NCBI GenBank assembly: GCA_965279515.1
Contig: CBDIID010000003.1
Span: 1,888,001-1,952,000, forward strand
Origin: Turneriella sp.
GTDB taxonomy: Bacteria; Spirochaetota; Leptospiria; Turneriellales; Turneriellaceae
Length of the DNA: 64,000 bases
Direction of reading: 5' to 3'
Both the position numbers and the translations under genes were made by a program. The notes under the pieces were generated by a model. That model saw only the letters and a program-made list of their open reading frames with translations, made no database searches and was not told the origin of the DNA. Of this stretch, positions 29,749-40,088 are shown in pieces. The first letter of the stretch is position 1. Every line of letters starts with the position of its first letter.

Positions 29749-30285
29749 ATGGACGCAATTAAAAGATACATCGGTGGCTTCTTCGGCTCCCTGGCCGAAC
29801 GCATTTTCGTTTTCTTCATGGCGCTCTTCATCAGCCAGGCGCCGCAGTACATGAACCTCTACCTCAACGTACTCTCGGGCGCAAAAGCTGCGTATGAAAA
29901 ATCGGTGAAGGAAATCGCCGAAAAAGCCAATGAGCTCGGCATGACGACGCAGGAATTCATCACCGATCTCGTAAAATCGCAAAGCCAGGCGGCAAAAAAA
30001 TCGGGGGAATTACACCAGAGCCAGATTACACATCTCAAGAATGCAAAAAAAGCCTTCGACGCGATCAAAAACGCCGGTGCCTTCTCGCGCCCCTTTGTTT
30101 TCCTGAAACACGTCGACTGGTCGCTGGCGAAGAGCGTGCAGTTTCAGCCGGCATTCCCGTTCACCCTGGAGGCGCTGATCTATGTCGTGGTGGGAATTAT
30201 TTTGGGCATGATCCTGTTCCGCGGCCTGCTTTACTTTCCCAAAAAGTGGCTGGGCGGCGGCAAGAAGCAACAACCAGCGTACTAG
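29749..30285 (+). CDS. DUF2937-like membrane protein
   Basis: SD AGGAAGG; SQAPQYMNLY...LSG; C-terminal PFTLEALIY TM. Confidence 0.7.
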   Translation: MDAIKRYIGGFFGSLAERIFVFFMALFISQAPQYMNLYLNVLSGAKAAYEKSVKEIAEKANELGMTTQEFITDLVKSQSQAAKKSGELHQSQITHLKNAKKAFDAIKNAGAFSRPFVFLKHVDWSLAKSVQFQPAFPFTLEALIYVVVGIILGMILFRGLLYFPKKWLGGGKKQQPAY

Positions 30286-30347
30286 TTTTCATTTGCCCCC
30301 TTAGAATTATCCTTTAAACAGATTCCCACAAATCAATAAGCGGTAGC

Positions 30348-30737
30348 TTATTGATTTGTGGTTAAATAAAAGCGGGCAATCCGCACTTCAAACGGCAGGC
30401 CGTCGCGGCGCACCATACTGAACGAGCCTTCCATGGTGCCGAAATTGGTGCCGAGCGGGCAAAAGCTCGAATACGAGTAGGATTCCCCCGGCTCGAGTTC
30501 CGGCTCTTCACCCACCACGCCTGGCCCGTAGACGTCTTCGCGTTTGCCATCCGAATCGATGATAATCCAGTGCCGTGACTTGAGCTTCGCCCAGGCGTCG
30601 CCCTCGTTGTGGATCGAAATCTTGTACGAGAACAAAAACTGGCCGTCTTCGGGTATAGAGCGCTCGATCAGATAGTGTGGCTCCGCCTTGATACGGATGC
30701 CATCGGTGACGATTTCTGAACCAGCGGTAACCGGCAT
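30348..30737 (-). CDS. apaG: ApaG protein
   Basis: LKSRHWIIID, GPGVVGEEP, YSSFCPL, GTMEG. Confidence 0.95.
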   Translation of the reverse strand: MPVTAGSEIVTDGIRIKAEPHYLIERSIPEDGQFLFSYKISIHNEGDAWAKLKSRHWIIIDSDGKREDVYGPGVVGEEPELEPGESYSYSSFCPLGTNFGTMEGSFSMVRRDGLPFEVRIARFYLTTNQ

Positions 30738-30742
30738 GCGTA

Positions 30743-30770
30743 ACTATACCCCCGGCCACGATGCTGTAAA
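30743..30770 (-). promoter_or_regulatory. Candidate sigma70 promoter TTTACA-16-TATAGT, 5 nt before the apaG ATG
   Basis: Plus strand shows ACTATA at 30743-30748 and TGTAAA at 30765-30770. Confidence 0.55.
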
Positions 30771-30854
30771 TCAAAAACTCAATTGACGCAACATCTTCCT
30801 TATAAAGAGACATAATTCCTGCGCCGTTTTCGCTGAAAATCGGCGCTCATTCCA

Positions 30855-31973
30855 ATGCTCGCAGACATACTTTCGCGCTACAAAGCCGCCTCTTCGCTCG
30901 TCTTTACCGTCGTTTTCTGCCTGAGTTGCCTCATCTGGAAATCGAACCTGCTGTCGCGCACGGCGAACAGTGCCAGCCGCGCACTCGACTTCTTTTCTAC
31001 CACGTTTTCATCGTTTGGCAAGGGGATATCCCGCTTTGTCGACAGTTATGGCACGTATGAAACCGTACGCGGTGAACGCGACGTGCTGCGCGAAAAGGTG
31101 AAACAGAACCTCGACATACAGGTCGAACTCGTGCGCCTGCGCGAAGAGAACAGCAAGCTGCGCCAGTTTCTGCAACTGCCGCCGGTTTCGAACCACCCTG
31201 TGCTGCAGGCAGAGGTTATTTCGCAGGATCCCGACAACTGGTTCCGCACCATCATCATCAACAAGGGCAGCGCCGATGGTGTCGCCACGTATATGCCGGT
31301 TGTCGCCATGCAGACGGTGATTGTGCCCGCAGAAAACAACAAACCCGCGGAGCCAAAACTCGTCGTCGGCATCGTCGGCAAAGTCATCCAGGTGAATCCC
31401 CACTCCGCGCGTATTCTGCCGCTCACCGACCAGTTCTCACGCATCGGCGTGACGGTAAAAAAGACCGGGCATTGGGCGCTCCTCAATGGCCAGAGTCCCC
31501 ACCAGGACATGCCGCTCATCGACTACCTCAGCCTCGGGGTATTTATTTCGACCGGCGATGAGATCGTCACCTCGGGTGGCGATGGAATTTTTCCACGCGG
31601 CCTGCCTGTCGGCAGCGTCGGTAAGCGCATCGAACGCCTCGGCAGTTTCCAGAAGGCAGAGATTAATCCGGTGATCGATTTCAAGAAACTGGATTTCGTC
31701 ATCGTCATCCAGAAGAAGGTCGATACCGAAGCGCTGAATTTTTTGCCGCTGAAACCCGACACGGTAGAAGAGCCAAAACTTTTACCCGCGCCGCCGGCAG
31801 TTAAAAAGAAAGGCGATGAAGAAGACGAAGAGGCTGAAGGCCCTGCAAAGCCCAAAGCCAACAAACCCGAAGCCAAAGCAGACAAACCGAAAACGCCCGC
31901 CGCCAAACCAGCGGAACCTGCGCCGCCCAAGCCGGCGGCCCCCACCCCGGCGCCTGAAGGAGGCACGCCGTGA
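30855..31973 (+). CDS. mreC: Rod shape-determining protein MreC
   Basis: Coiled coil ENSKLR, IINKG, VGKV, VTSGGDGIFPRGLPVG; Pro/Ala/Lys-rich tail. Confidence 0.93.
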   Translation: MLADILSRYKAASSLVFTVVFCLSCLIWKSNLLSRTANSASRALDFFSTTFSSFGKGISRFVDSYGTYETVRGERDVLREKVKQNLDIQVELVRLREENSKLRQFLQLPPVSNHPVLQAEVISQDPDNWFRTIIINKGSADGVATYMPVVAMQTVIVPAENNKPAEPKLVVGIVGKVIQVNPHSARILPLTDQFSRIGVTVKKTGHWALLNGQSPHQDMPLIDYLSLGVFISTGDEIVTSGGDGIFPRGLPVGSVGKRIERLGSFQKAEINPVIDFKKLDFVIVIQKKVDTEALNFLPLKPDTVEEPKLLPAPPAVKKKGDEEDEEAEGPAKPKANKPEAKADKPKTPAAKPAEPAPPKPAAPTPAPEGGTP

Positions 31974-32524
31974 TTCTTGAAAAAGTCGTCATTGCGATCG
32001 CGATCTTTGTTTCTTATTTTCTCCAGACCAGCGTGGATTTTTTTGCGCTCGGATCCATTAAACCGGATTTCCTGTTAATCCTGACAGTGTACTTCGCCCT
32101 CTACCGCGGTGCCTTTGCGGCCCTGTGGATCGGTTTTTTCGGCGGCCTGCTGCAGGACATCAACCTCGGCGGTTATACCAATCTCATCAAACAGGACATG
32201 CAGTATTATATCGGCACCTCGGCGCTGGCAAAAACCGTGATCGGTTTTATGGCTGGCAAAGTGGCGCGCGATATCAATAAAGAAGCAACGTCGCTGATCG
32301 TCATCGTTGTGTTCGTCGCGTGTTTTTTAAAGGGCGTCATCATGTTCTTTACCGTCGCCCTCTTCCACTCCAGCGCACATGCCTCATCGCTGATTACCAT
32401 TGTGATTCCGGAGGCGCTTTTCACGGCGGTACTCTCGATCGTTTGGTTCCGCCTGTTGCGCTGGGCTTTCCCAACAGTCGAAAAAGCGGAAGGCCAACGG
32501 ATTATCCGCCGCATGGGTCAATAG
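31970..32524 (+). CDS. mreD: Rod shape-determining protein MreD
   Basis: KPDFLLI, GLLQD; position in the operon. Confidence 0.9.
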   Translation: MILEKVVIAIAIFVSYFLQTSVDFFALGSIKPDFLLILTVYFALYRGAFAALWIGFFGGLLQDINLGGYTNLIKQDMQYYIGTSALAKTVIGFMAGKVARDINKEATSLIVIVVFVACFLKGVIMFFTVALFHSSAHASSLITIVIPEALFTAVLSIVWFRLLRWAFPTVEKAEGQRIIRRMGQ

Positions 32525-32527
32525 ATT

Positions 32528-34384
32528 ATGGCCCAGACGATACAGCAGTTCCAGCTCCGCCAGCGTCTGGATCGCCGTGTGACCGGTCTCACGATCTTTA
32601 CGCTGGCCATGCTGGGCCTCTTAATTTTACGTATCGGCGACCTGCAGATTCTGCGCGGCGACGAATTCTTTGATAAATCACAACGCGTGATTCGCCGCGT
32701 CGTGGCACTCACCGCGCCGCGCGGCGAAATGTTTGCACGTAACTACACCAGCCGCGACAAGGCCACGTACATTGTCTCAAATTCGTCGGCCGTGTCTTTG
32801 AGCGTGATTCCATCCCACTTTCCGAAAAAGAAAGAACTGAAAGAGCTCGTCGCCAAACTCGAACGCCTGCTACGTTACCCCGAAGGATCGCTCACGGTAA
32901 AAGTCGCAGACAATAAGTACAAGGCGCACGAAGAAATCGTGCTGATTGAGAACCTGAAATCGGAACAGACGACTGTGATTGCTGACTATTATATTACCTT
33001 TTCAAAGTTTATCATCCGCCCGACGTCGCGTCGGTTCTATAATCTCGGCGCCTCGGCAGCTCACCTGACGGGTTACATCGGCCTGCCAAACCAGCGCGAG
33101 GTGGCCGCAGGTGTGCGCAGCTACCAGTATACGGGTAAGAACGGACTCGAGTCGCAATACGATACGATTTTGCGCGGTGACGACGGCGAGATTGTGCAGA
33201 TCAAATCAGCGACCGGCGACATTGAAGAGCAAAAAGTGTTTCGTAATTTTGCGCCGGGCAATAACCTGATTCTGACCATTGACGCCGATCTGCAGATCGC
33301 CGCCTCGAAGGCGATGGGCGATAAGACCGGTGGCCTGATCGCGATGCGCCCGCATACGGGGGAGATCCTCGCTATCGTTTCAAAACCCGATTTTGACCCG
33401 AATATCCTGATCGCACTCGACAACCCCGACCGCCCCGACCATATCAGGCAGATCCAGGAGCAGAGAGCGGAGCTCAATCGCACGATTTCAACCAAATACC
33501 CGCCGGCTTCAACCTTCAAACCGCTCGTGGCTCTTGCCGGTCTCGAAGAAAAACGCCTGGCGAAAACCGATCATTATTACTGCAATAAAACCTTCACGCT
33601 GAAAAGCAGCTACAAAGGTTCGGCCGACACAACATGGGGCGACTGGGGCCGGCATGGCGATAATGACCTGACCGGGGCTCTCGCGCAAAGCTGTTCGGTT
33701 TATTTTTACGAAGCGGGATACCGCATGGGAGCCGAACCCATGATCAAATACTCGCGCTATTTCCATCTCGGCGAAAAATCGCAGATCGATCTGCCCAGCG
33801 AGATTGCGGGCTTTGTGCCCGACAATGCCTGGAAAGAAAAAACGTTTAATACGCGCTGGTTTGACGGCGATACGGTAAACCTCTCAATCGGCCAGGGTTT
33901 CATCGAAACGACGCTCATCGGCATGGTGGGCTTCTATGCAGGCGTCGCAACCGGTGGCACCATCTATAAGCCGCACCTGATACGCCAGATCCGCTTCGCC
34001 GAAAACGACCAGGTAAAACTTGATGTCAAACCCCAGGTACAGGACCAGATACCGCTCTCAAAATCTGCGGTGCAGGCAGTGCGAGAGGGATTGCGTGCCG
34101 TGACGACGCGGGGTACTGCCGGCGGAGTATTCCGCGTGCCCGGTATTATTCCTGTCGCCGGGAAAACCGGTACCGTGCAGACGCGATCGGGCGCGCCCGG
34201 CGACAAGGCATCGCAGCACGCCTGGTTCGTCGGTTATGGCCCTTTTGAAGGCGAGCCGAAAGACATGCTCGTCATCGGCGTTATCATCGAACGCGGCGTC
34301 GGTGGTTCGGTCGGCGCGGCGCCGATTGCGCGCGACGTGTTTGTGAAATACTCACAAAAACTCAAAGCGGGGACAGCCAACTGA
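32528..34384 (+). CDS. mrdA: Penicillin-binding protein 2
   Basis: APRG, STFK (SxxK), SCS (SxN variant), KTGT. Confidence 0.93.
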   Translation: MAQTIQQFQLRQRLDRRVTGLTIFTLAMLGLLILRIGDLQILRGDEFFDKSQRVIRRVVALTAPRGEMFARNYTSRDKATYIVSNSSAVSLSVIPSHFPKKKELKELVAKLERLLRYPEGSLTVKVADNKYKAHEEIVLIENLKSEQTTVIADYYITFSKFIIRPTSRRFYNLGASAAHLTGYIGLPNQREVAAGVRSYQYTGKNGLESQYDTILRGDDGEIVQIKSATGDIEEQKVFRNFAPGNNLILTIDADLQIAASKAMGDKTGGLIAMRPHTGEILAIVSKPDFDPNILIALDNPDRPDHIRQIQEQRAELNRTISTKYPPASTFKPLVALAGLEEKRLAKTDHYYCNKTFTLKSSYKGSADTTWGDWGRHGDNDLTGALAQSCSVYFYEAGYRMGAEPMIKYSRYFHLGEKSQIDLPSEIAGFVPDNAWKEKTFNTRWFDGDTVNLSIGQGFIETTLIGMVGFYAGVATGGTIYKPHLIRQIRFAENDQVKLDVKPQVQDQIPLSKSAVQAVREGLRAVTTRGTAGGVFRVPGIIPVAGKTGTVQTRSGAPGDKASQHAWFVGYGPFEGEPKDMLVIGVIIERGVGGSVGAAPIARDVFVKYSQKLKAGTAN

Positions 34385-35907
34385 TGGAACGTTTTAGCCG
34401 TCTCGACTGGGTTTCGATTTTCCTCTCGGTCTCCGCGACGCTGATCGGTGTGGCCGTGCTTTATGGCGGGGGTATCACGGGCGAGGAGCTCGCGCAACGC
34501 AAACTCATCTGGCTTATACTCTGTGTGATAGCGATGCTGGTTTTCGCCAACATCAACTACCAGCTCTTAGGTTCCTTTGCGCCGATCATCTATGCCATCG
34601 GCGTTTTCGTCCTGATTCTGGTACTGGTACCCTTCATTGGTAAAGAAGTTAAGGGTGCCCGTTCATGGCTGCGCATCGGCTCGCTGGGTTTTCAGCCGGC
34701 GGAGTTCATGAAGCTGGTGGTTGTCATTACCCTCAGCAAGTACCTCGTGTTGCGTGAATCGGAAATCGGCAAACTCAAAGAGCTCATTATACCGGCCGTA
34801 CTCGTTACGATACCCGCGCTGCTCATCGGTGTACAGCCCGACCTTGGTGGCGCAGTGATGTTCATGGCAATCCTCTTCGGTATGTTGTTCATCGGCGGCG
34901 CGAACACGGCTGTGCTCTTCGGTTTTGCCATCATCGGTTTTTTCGCCGTCTTCACACCGATGTTTCTCGAATATGAACGTTACATCATCGTCGACGACGT
35001 CTATAACGCGCTGCGCGAAGAGCATTTTCGCCTCGCCGATGCGGTGCGCATTCTCAACTTCGAAGTCTGGGAGGTGGCCGAAAATCTTAACTATAACACC
35101 CGGCTGATCCAGGACAAAACTCTTGTGACCTGGGCCAAAGAGACCTTGTCGCAGGGTGAGAACCTCAAGATTTTCTGGCAAACCGCTGCGGCCGTCGAAC
35201 AAAAAAGCCCGAGCTTTTTGCGCGACATGCTGCGCAATACCACAGTCATGATTGCCATCGGCGGTACCGGTATTTTCTTTTACGGTCTCGGCGTACTCGG
35301 CAACTTTATGACGGGCGCCCCCTGGATGCGCCGCATCGGCAACATTGCACTGATCGTGGGGCTATCGTTCAGCTCGGGTTACATGTTTAACAAGTTCATC
35401 AACTTCAAACCCCACCAGGTGATTCGCATCGTGTCGTTTGTGAATCCCGACAAGTTCCAGAAGGGCGCGGGCTACCAGCTGCGGCACTCTCTGATCACCG
35501 TAGGCTCGGGCAAGTTTGCCGGCAAGGGCCTGTTCAAGGGTGACATGACCAAGGGAGACACGCCGTTTCTACCCGAGTGGTATAACGACTTTATCTTTTC
35601 CGTTGTCGGCGAACAGCTGGGCTTCTGGGGCGCGGGCACGTTACTGCTGCTATTATTCGGGCTGATCTTAAGGGCGATCAATATCGCGGTAACATCGAAG
35701 GATGATTTTGGCGCCATGCTTGCCTCGGGCATCGCTTTGATTTTCTTTCTGCACGTCTTCATCAACATCGGCATATCGCTGGGTCTCATGCCGGTGACGG
35801 GTATACCTCTAAGCTTTGTCAGCTATGGCGGATCGCATATGCTCTTGTGTTTTGTCTGCGTGGGCATACTCATCAACATCTACCGCCGCCGCTTTATCAA
35901 CGCGTAA
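34384..35907 (+). CDS. rodA: SEDS glycosyltransferase RodA (with a long internal insertion)
   Basis: GARSW, QPAEFMK, QPDLG, LPEWYNDFIFS, PVTGIPLSFVSYGGS. Confidence 0.93.
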   Translation: MERFSRLDWVSIFLSVSATLIGVAVLYGGGITGEELAQRKLIWLILCVIAMLVFANINYQLLGSFAPIIYAIGVFVLILVLVPFIGKEVKGARSWLRIGSLGFQPAEFMKLVVVITLSKYLVLRESEIGKLKELIIPAVLVTIPALLIGVQPDLGGAVMFMAILFGMLFIGGANTAVLFGFAIIGFFAVFTPMFLEYERYIIVDDVYNALREEHFRLADAVRILNFEVWEVAENLNYNTRLIQDKTLVTWAKETLSQGENLKIFWQTAAAVEQKSPSFLRDMLRNTTVMIAIGGTGIFFYGLGVLGNFMTGAPWMRRIGNIALIVGLSFSSGYMFNKFINFKPHQVIRIVSFVNPDKFQKGAGYQLRHSLITVGSGKFAGKGLFKGDMTKGDTPFLPEWYNDFIFSVVGEQLGFWGAGTLLLLLFGLILRAINIAVTSKDDFGAMLASGIALIFFLHVFINIGISLGLMPVTGIPLSFVSYGGSHMLLCFVCVGILINIYRRRFINA

Positions 35908-35955
35908 TAACAAAAGAGATTGACCCGCTAGCGGACCGGCGTTCCGCAAGAATAG

Positions 35956-36510
35956 ATGTTGGCTTTAAGGATCACATTCTTTTTTTCCTTAGTGAGCCTA
36001 GGCATGGCTACGGACCAATCGTCTCGCCTGCAGAAGATTAATCGAATCTATACGAAAATTGCCGCCCTGGAAGATTCGCGAGATTTGCTGACTTCAGAAG
36101 AAGAAGGCATCTTAATACTCAGCAAATTTGTCTGTTTTGCCGATCTGCAATGTGAAAAATTCCCCGAAGAAATTATACATGTGCCGGAATCGAACAGCAC
36201 CTTCTACGTCGGGACACGAAACAGCGATGGTTGTTACGGAGCATGGAACATTCAGAACCGGCCTATCGGTCATCGCATAGCCCGCCCTCAAAATCATTTT
36301 TTCTCAGCCATGGGTGTAAAACCAAAAGATGTCATCGTCGCAATGGAAGGTCATTTGATTCTGGGAGAGAATCAAACGGCCTTGTGGCAGAACATTCGCG
36401 TTGCTGCAGAAAACCAAAAAAAATTGTCGATTGATCTATTCCGGGGTACCAGGCTGATTCGCCTGATAACCCCGATGCCCAAACTCAGATTGATTGCGCC
36501 AAGCACATAA
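35956..36510 (+). CDS. Hypothetical exported protein with a PDZ-like C-terminus
   Basis: Signal-like N-terminus; AMGVKPKDVIVAMEG and IDLFRG resemble PDZ strands. Confidence 0.5.
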   Translation: MLALRITFFFSLVSLGMATDQSSRLQKINRIYTKIAALEDSRDLLTSEEEGILILSKFVCFADLQCEKFPEEIIHVPESNSTFYVGTRNSDGCYGAWNIQNRPIGHRIARPQNHFFSAMGVKPKDVIVAMEGHLILGENQTALWQNIRVAAENQKKLSIDLFRGTRLIRLITPMPKLRLIAPST

Positions 36511-36523
36511 CAACGTAGCTGCC

Positions 36524-37513
36524 TTACGCAGCCCCGCCCGAAAATGTGCGGCGAATCGCCGGCAGCACGCGGACGACACCGCGATAAACGAGATAGCCGA
36601 TCAGCAGCAGTGGCACGATATAGATCAGCGCATAGACCAGTTGCAGCAGCACATTCAGCAATCCCACAAAGGCATTGCGAAACTCAGGTACCTCTACCGG
36701 CGCTGGTGCGGCGATGGCGGGCAGCGAAAGCGTGATCTGCAGCGTCGCCCAACCGGTGCGGTCAGCGATGCGCCACTCTTCCATGCGGGTCGCCAACTGC
36801 TTGTCTTCGCTCTGCGACAGTAGATTCTCGGTGGCTTCCCAGTTTTTAGAACCTGTGCCGGTATTCGCGTTGGCAGCAGTACGACGACGATTGCGGATAT
36901 CTTCGCGTGCCGCAAGCATCTGCTGATGGACCGCATTTTCCGTGTGATCCGTCACGGTAATATTTTCCGATGCCAGGGCGCCGATCGCATCGAGGTCATT
37001 TAAAGCTGCGTATAGATTGGAACTCCGCACGCGCACGCGCAGCGTCATGTAGCCGTTATGCTGGCCAGACGCGCTTTCGTTCAGCAGGAAACCGTATCGC
37101 GGAATCCACTGGTTAAAGAAGGCCCGCGCCGGTTTCAGCGCATCGATCTGGTAGTTGACCGCGATATTGTATTCGAGTTTGCGTTCGCCGTTAACAACAG
37201 GAGTGAAGACTTTACCGAGATGGACGTCCGCATCTTTAATTTTGTTATTCTCGCTGTAGAACCGGTCCTTATCCTGATTTTTTTGTTCGGACGCAGCCGC
37301 ACGGGTCTTGGCTGCGAATTCGCCGCCGATGGCATCGATTTCAGCTGCAGGCCGGTTTTCTTCCCGCTCATCGAGGGTGATATCCATGGGCTTCGCCGGG
37401 CTGCGTGCTTCGGTCTTCTTGAAGACCGAACGATTTTTGATAAAAAAAGCCGCGGTAATACCGAGGCCGACGAATGCCACCGAAGCGGCGGCGATGATAA
37501 TTTTCTTTTTCAT
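36524..37513 (-). CDS. DUF4349-like membrane-anchored protein
   Basis: N-terminal TM, LRVRVRS...LDAIG...ENITVTDHTE, coiled coil, ATLQITL, C-terminal TM. Confidence 0.75.
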   Translation of the reverse strand: MKKKIIIAAASVAFVGLGITAAFFIKNRSVFKKTEARSPAKPMDITLDEREENRPAAEIDAIGGEFAAKTRAAASEQKNQDKDRFYSENNKIKDADVHLGKVFTPVVNGERKLEYNIAVNYQIDALKPARAFFNQWIPRYGFLLNESASGQHNGYMTLRVRVRSSNLYAALNDLDAIGALASENITVTDHTENAVHQQMLAAREDIRNRRRTAANANTGTGSKNWEATENLLSQSEDKQLATRMEEWRIADRTGWATLQITLSLPAIAAPAPVEVPEFRNAFVGLLNVLLQLVYALIYIVPLLLIGYLVYRGVVRVLPAIRRTFSGGAA

Positions 37514-37545
37514 GCGGATTCGACGCTCGGCGAAAAAAAGAGTTC

Positions 37546-37572
37546 AAAAAAAACGCCCCAGCGGGGCGTTTT
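37546..37572 (-). terminator. Intrinsic terminator (potentially bidirectional)
   Basis: AAAACGCCCC-AGC-GGGGCGTTTT, with an A-tract giving a U-tail on the minus strand after the Omp85 gene. Confidence 0.85.
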
Positions 37573-37593
37573 GTAAGCAGACCGTTGCGGTGC

Positions 37594-39081
37594 TTAGAAG
37601 ATATGGCTGAAGTTGATGAACATGTTTGAGTCTTCTTTACTCAATGCATAATCCACCATGATAATCGTCGCCTGATTCCAGGCCAGACGCAGACCCGCGC
37701 CATATGCGTATTTCCAGATGCTGACGCCGATATCTTTCGGCTGGTCGAATGCGCTACCGATATCAAAGAATGGTACCAAGATCGGCGCAAAATTCTGCCC
37801 AAAGACCGTGAATTCAAACATCGTCCAGCGGAGTTCGAGGTTGGCGAGAGCGATGTTGTTGGCGACAAAGCGGCTCGCCTTGTAACCGCGCAGCGAGCGC
37901 AAACCACCCAACGCCCCCTGGTAGACACGCTCGGTGCTCGAGAACTGGTCCTTCACGTAGAATGGCACATCACCCACGGATTGTGTATAAGCGACGCGAC
38001 CGGCAATAACGAGGTCGACCAGTTTTTCAAACGGGCTGAGGAAGAATTTTTCTGAAACGGTGTATCGTGCGAAGTTGAACTCCGAGCCAACTGCTTTGTT
38101 TGAAACCTCGGCGATCGCTTCGAACATTTGGCCTTTGTTCGGGTCTGGTTCGTAGTCGCGTGTATCGATCGCAATGCCGAAACGCACAGTATTATTCCAA
38201 CCCCCGCCGTAACCGGTAAGAAGCCCCGCATTCTGGTATTGTGTCAACAGCGTGCTGGGACTGTTTGTCGCATCACCGTCGGCGGCTTTGACCGTAGTAC
38301 CGGCCAGATCGCGGATTGTGTATTTGCTCACCTGAATGCCTAATTGCGGGCGGATAATGCCGCCAAACACATCGCGTTCAAGCATCGCGGTAAAAGCAGG
38401 CCTTTCATAGGAGTAATGGTTGAATGCCGCATTCGTAGTACCGGCAGTCGTTTTCCGCAGTTCATCGTTAAAATCCGAATACTTTTCGAAATCGCGACCA
38501 CTGAACGCCAGGCCGTTCATACTACTGGCATTGCTGCCGAAAAAATTCGCCCAAGTATTCTTTTCAAAGACTACTGCGGAGCGAATGCGGAAGAGCGAGT
38601 TACCGATGTAAGGAGCATCCCAGTTGAGCTCATGGTATTGGTAACCCAAAGTCGTCTGAAAGAACTGTGCATAGAGCTGCGAACGGTAAGGCGTACGGCG
38701 GAAAAGCGGGTTATCCTTCTCACCATTATAAAAATAGAAAACGCGGGCGCCATAGCCGATACCCGTATTGGGGTCTGAGTTGATCAGCGGAAGGCCCGTA
38801 ATGAAGCCGCCCTCTTTCTTTTTACCGAAGTCGTGGTCGCTCAGCTTGCGCTTGCGGCGGATCGCCTCAAGCAATTCTTCGGAAACGCCGTATTTCTTAG
38901 CGGCTTCCATCTCTTGCGCGTGTTCTGCATCGGCAGGTGTTGCGGCTGCAGCAGCCACCGGGGCTGTGGGTGCCGCGGCGGCGGCAGGTTTCTTAGGTGG
39001 TGCCTTGCGCGGCGCAGACCAGACCGCAGCCACGCTGAATAAAAGCATGGACGTTAATGGGATAAAAATTCGTTTTAGCAT
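37594..39081 (-). CDS. Omp85/BamA-TamA-family barrel without POTRA domains
   Basis: Signal peptide, SLRGYKASRF (VRGY-like), FFDIG, YGAGLRL, C-terminal Phe. Confidence 0.85.
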   Translation of the reverse strand: MLKRIFIPLTSMLLFSVAAVWSAPRKAPPKKPAAAAAPTAPVAAAAATPADAEHAQEMEAAKKYGVSEELLEAIRRKRKLSDHDFGKKKEGGFITGLPLINSDPNTGIGYGARVFYFYNGEKDNPLFRRTPYRSQLYAQFFQTTLGYQYHELNWDAPYIGNSLFRIRSAVVFEKNTWANFFGSNASSMNGLAFSGRDFEKYSDFNDELRKTTAGTTNAAFNHYSYERPAFTAMLERDVFGGIIRPQLGIQVSKYTIRDLAGTTVKAADGDATNSPSTLLTQYQNAGLLTGYGGGWNNTVRFGIAIDTRDYEPDPNKGQMFEAIAEVSNKAVGSEFNFARYTVSEKFFLSPFEKLVDLVIAGRVAYTQSVGDVPFYVKDQFSSTERVYQGALGGLRSLRGYKASRFVANNIALANLELRWTMFEFTVFGQNFAPILVPFFDIGSAFDQPKDIGVSIWKYAYGAGLRLAWNQATIIMVDYALSKEDSNMFINFSHIF

Positions 39082-39308
39082 GTTGTCTCCTCAGGTTGTT
39101 CGCCCGGTATGTATTTGTTCCGGGTCGTCCACGGGAGAGTGCGCAACGCAATCGTCAAGTACGAAAAAACAACCGAAAATCCTAGGCAGAAACGAGTAGA
39201 AAGTCAATAGCATAATAAGGTACACACGTTCCCCCAGTAAACCGGGATGCATGAGTCGAAACCCGGAGAACATAGGGAGGCTATCGAGAGGCCTGACAGC
39301 CGGCAGCG

Positions 39309-39327
39309 TGTGTCATTTTTTGACACA
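39309..39327. promoter_or_regulatory. Inverted repeat TGTGTCA-N5-TGACACA, candidate regulator site
   Basis: Perfect 7-bp arms in the divergent intergenic region. Confidence 0.5.
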
Positions 39328-39448
39328 GCTACACGTGGCCGGACACATCTGGCACACCTTGTTTTTTTTAATGATTGACGCGCCTTGAGGGAAACTCTCA
39401 TGCAGAACGGTCCGGGAGAATCTAACGATTCACCGATTCAGGGGGTTT

Positions 39449-40060
39449 ATGGTCGCTGCTCCATTCCGCAATATTGAAGTGCTCGTCGCCGATGATGAGG
39501 CCCAGTTACTTGAAATACTTAGAAGTACGCTGATTACGGCAGGGTACGGCTGCACGGCGGTCGATAGCGGCGAAAAAGCGCTCAGTGTGCTTAATTCGCG
39601 GCAGATTAACATCCTTGTCTGTGATGTCTATCTGGGAAAAACCGACGGCCTGGAGCTAGGTCAGAAGATCCGGCAAACGAATGCGAATTTGGCCTTCGTT
39701 TTTATCAGCGGTAAACCTTCAGTGAAAGCCGGCACACGCGCGCAGCAATTGTCGGCCATACAATACGTAGCAAAACCTTTTGACCCAAAGGAATTCACCG
39801 AGACGGTTTCCCTCGCAGCCCGGTGGAATGTAGCGCAATTGATCGTAGCCGCTGCGGAAAAATATTTTGCGATACGCAGGGAACACCTGCAGAAATTGCA
39901 TCACAATATTCAAAGAGTCAAGTCAGAACTCAAGAATCTGATGATCTCGAAACAAGATGTCCGTCCCCTGCGCGATTTCGTTTTAACAAAGAATAGCCAG
40001 GCACATGAGTTGTTTCTGCTGTTGGATGCGAAGCTTATCCCCTTCTCACAGGTAAAATAA
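39449..40060 (+). CDS. Response regulator (receiver + helical C-terminus)
   Basis: VADDE, CDVYL, ISG, KPF. Confidence 0.88.
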   Translation: MVAAPFRNIEVLVADDEAQLLEILRSTLITAGYGCTAVDSGEKALSVLNSRQINILVCDVYLGKTDGLELGQKIRQTNANLAFVFISGKPSVKAGTRAQQLSAIQYVAKPFDPKEFTETVSLAARWNVAQLIVAAAEKYFAIRREHLQKLHHNIQRVKSELKNLMISKQDVRPLRDFVLTKNSQAHELFLLLDAKLIPFSQVK

Positions 40061-40088
40061 TCGACACACGGCAAAATGCTGAACGGTT

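Noticed and set aside
31790..31970. Low-complexity Pro/Ala/Lys repeats in mreC (also 38940-39000 and 44200-44340)
   Set aside because: Ordinary protein linkers with no DNA-level repeat unit or palindrome.
39350..39365. Sigma54 promoter-like TGGCACACCTTG
   Set aside because: No GC at the required distance of 10 nt from GG.
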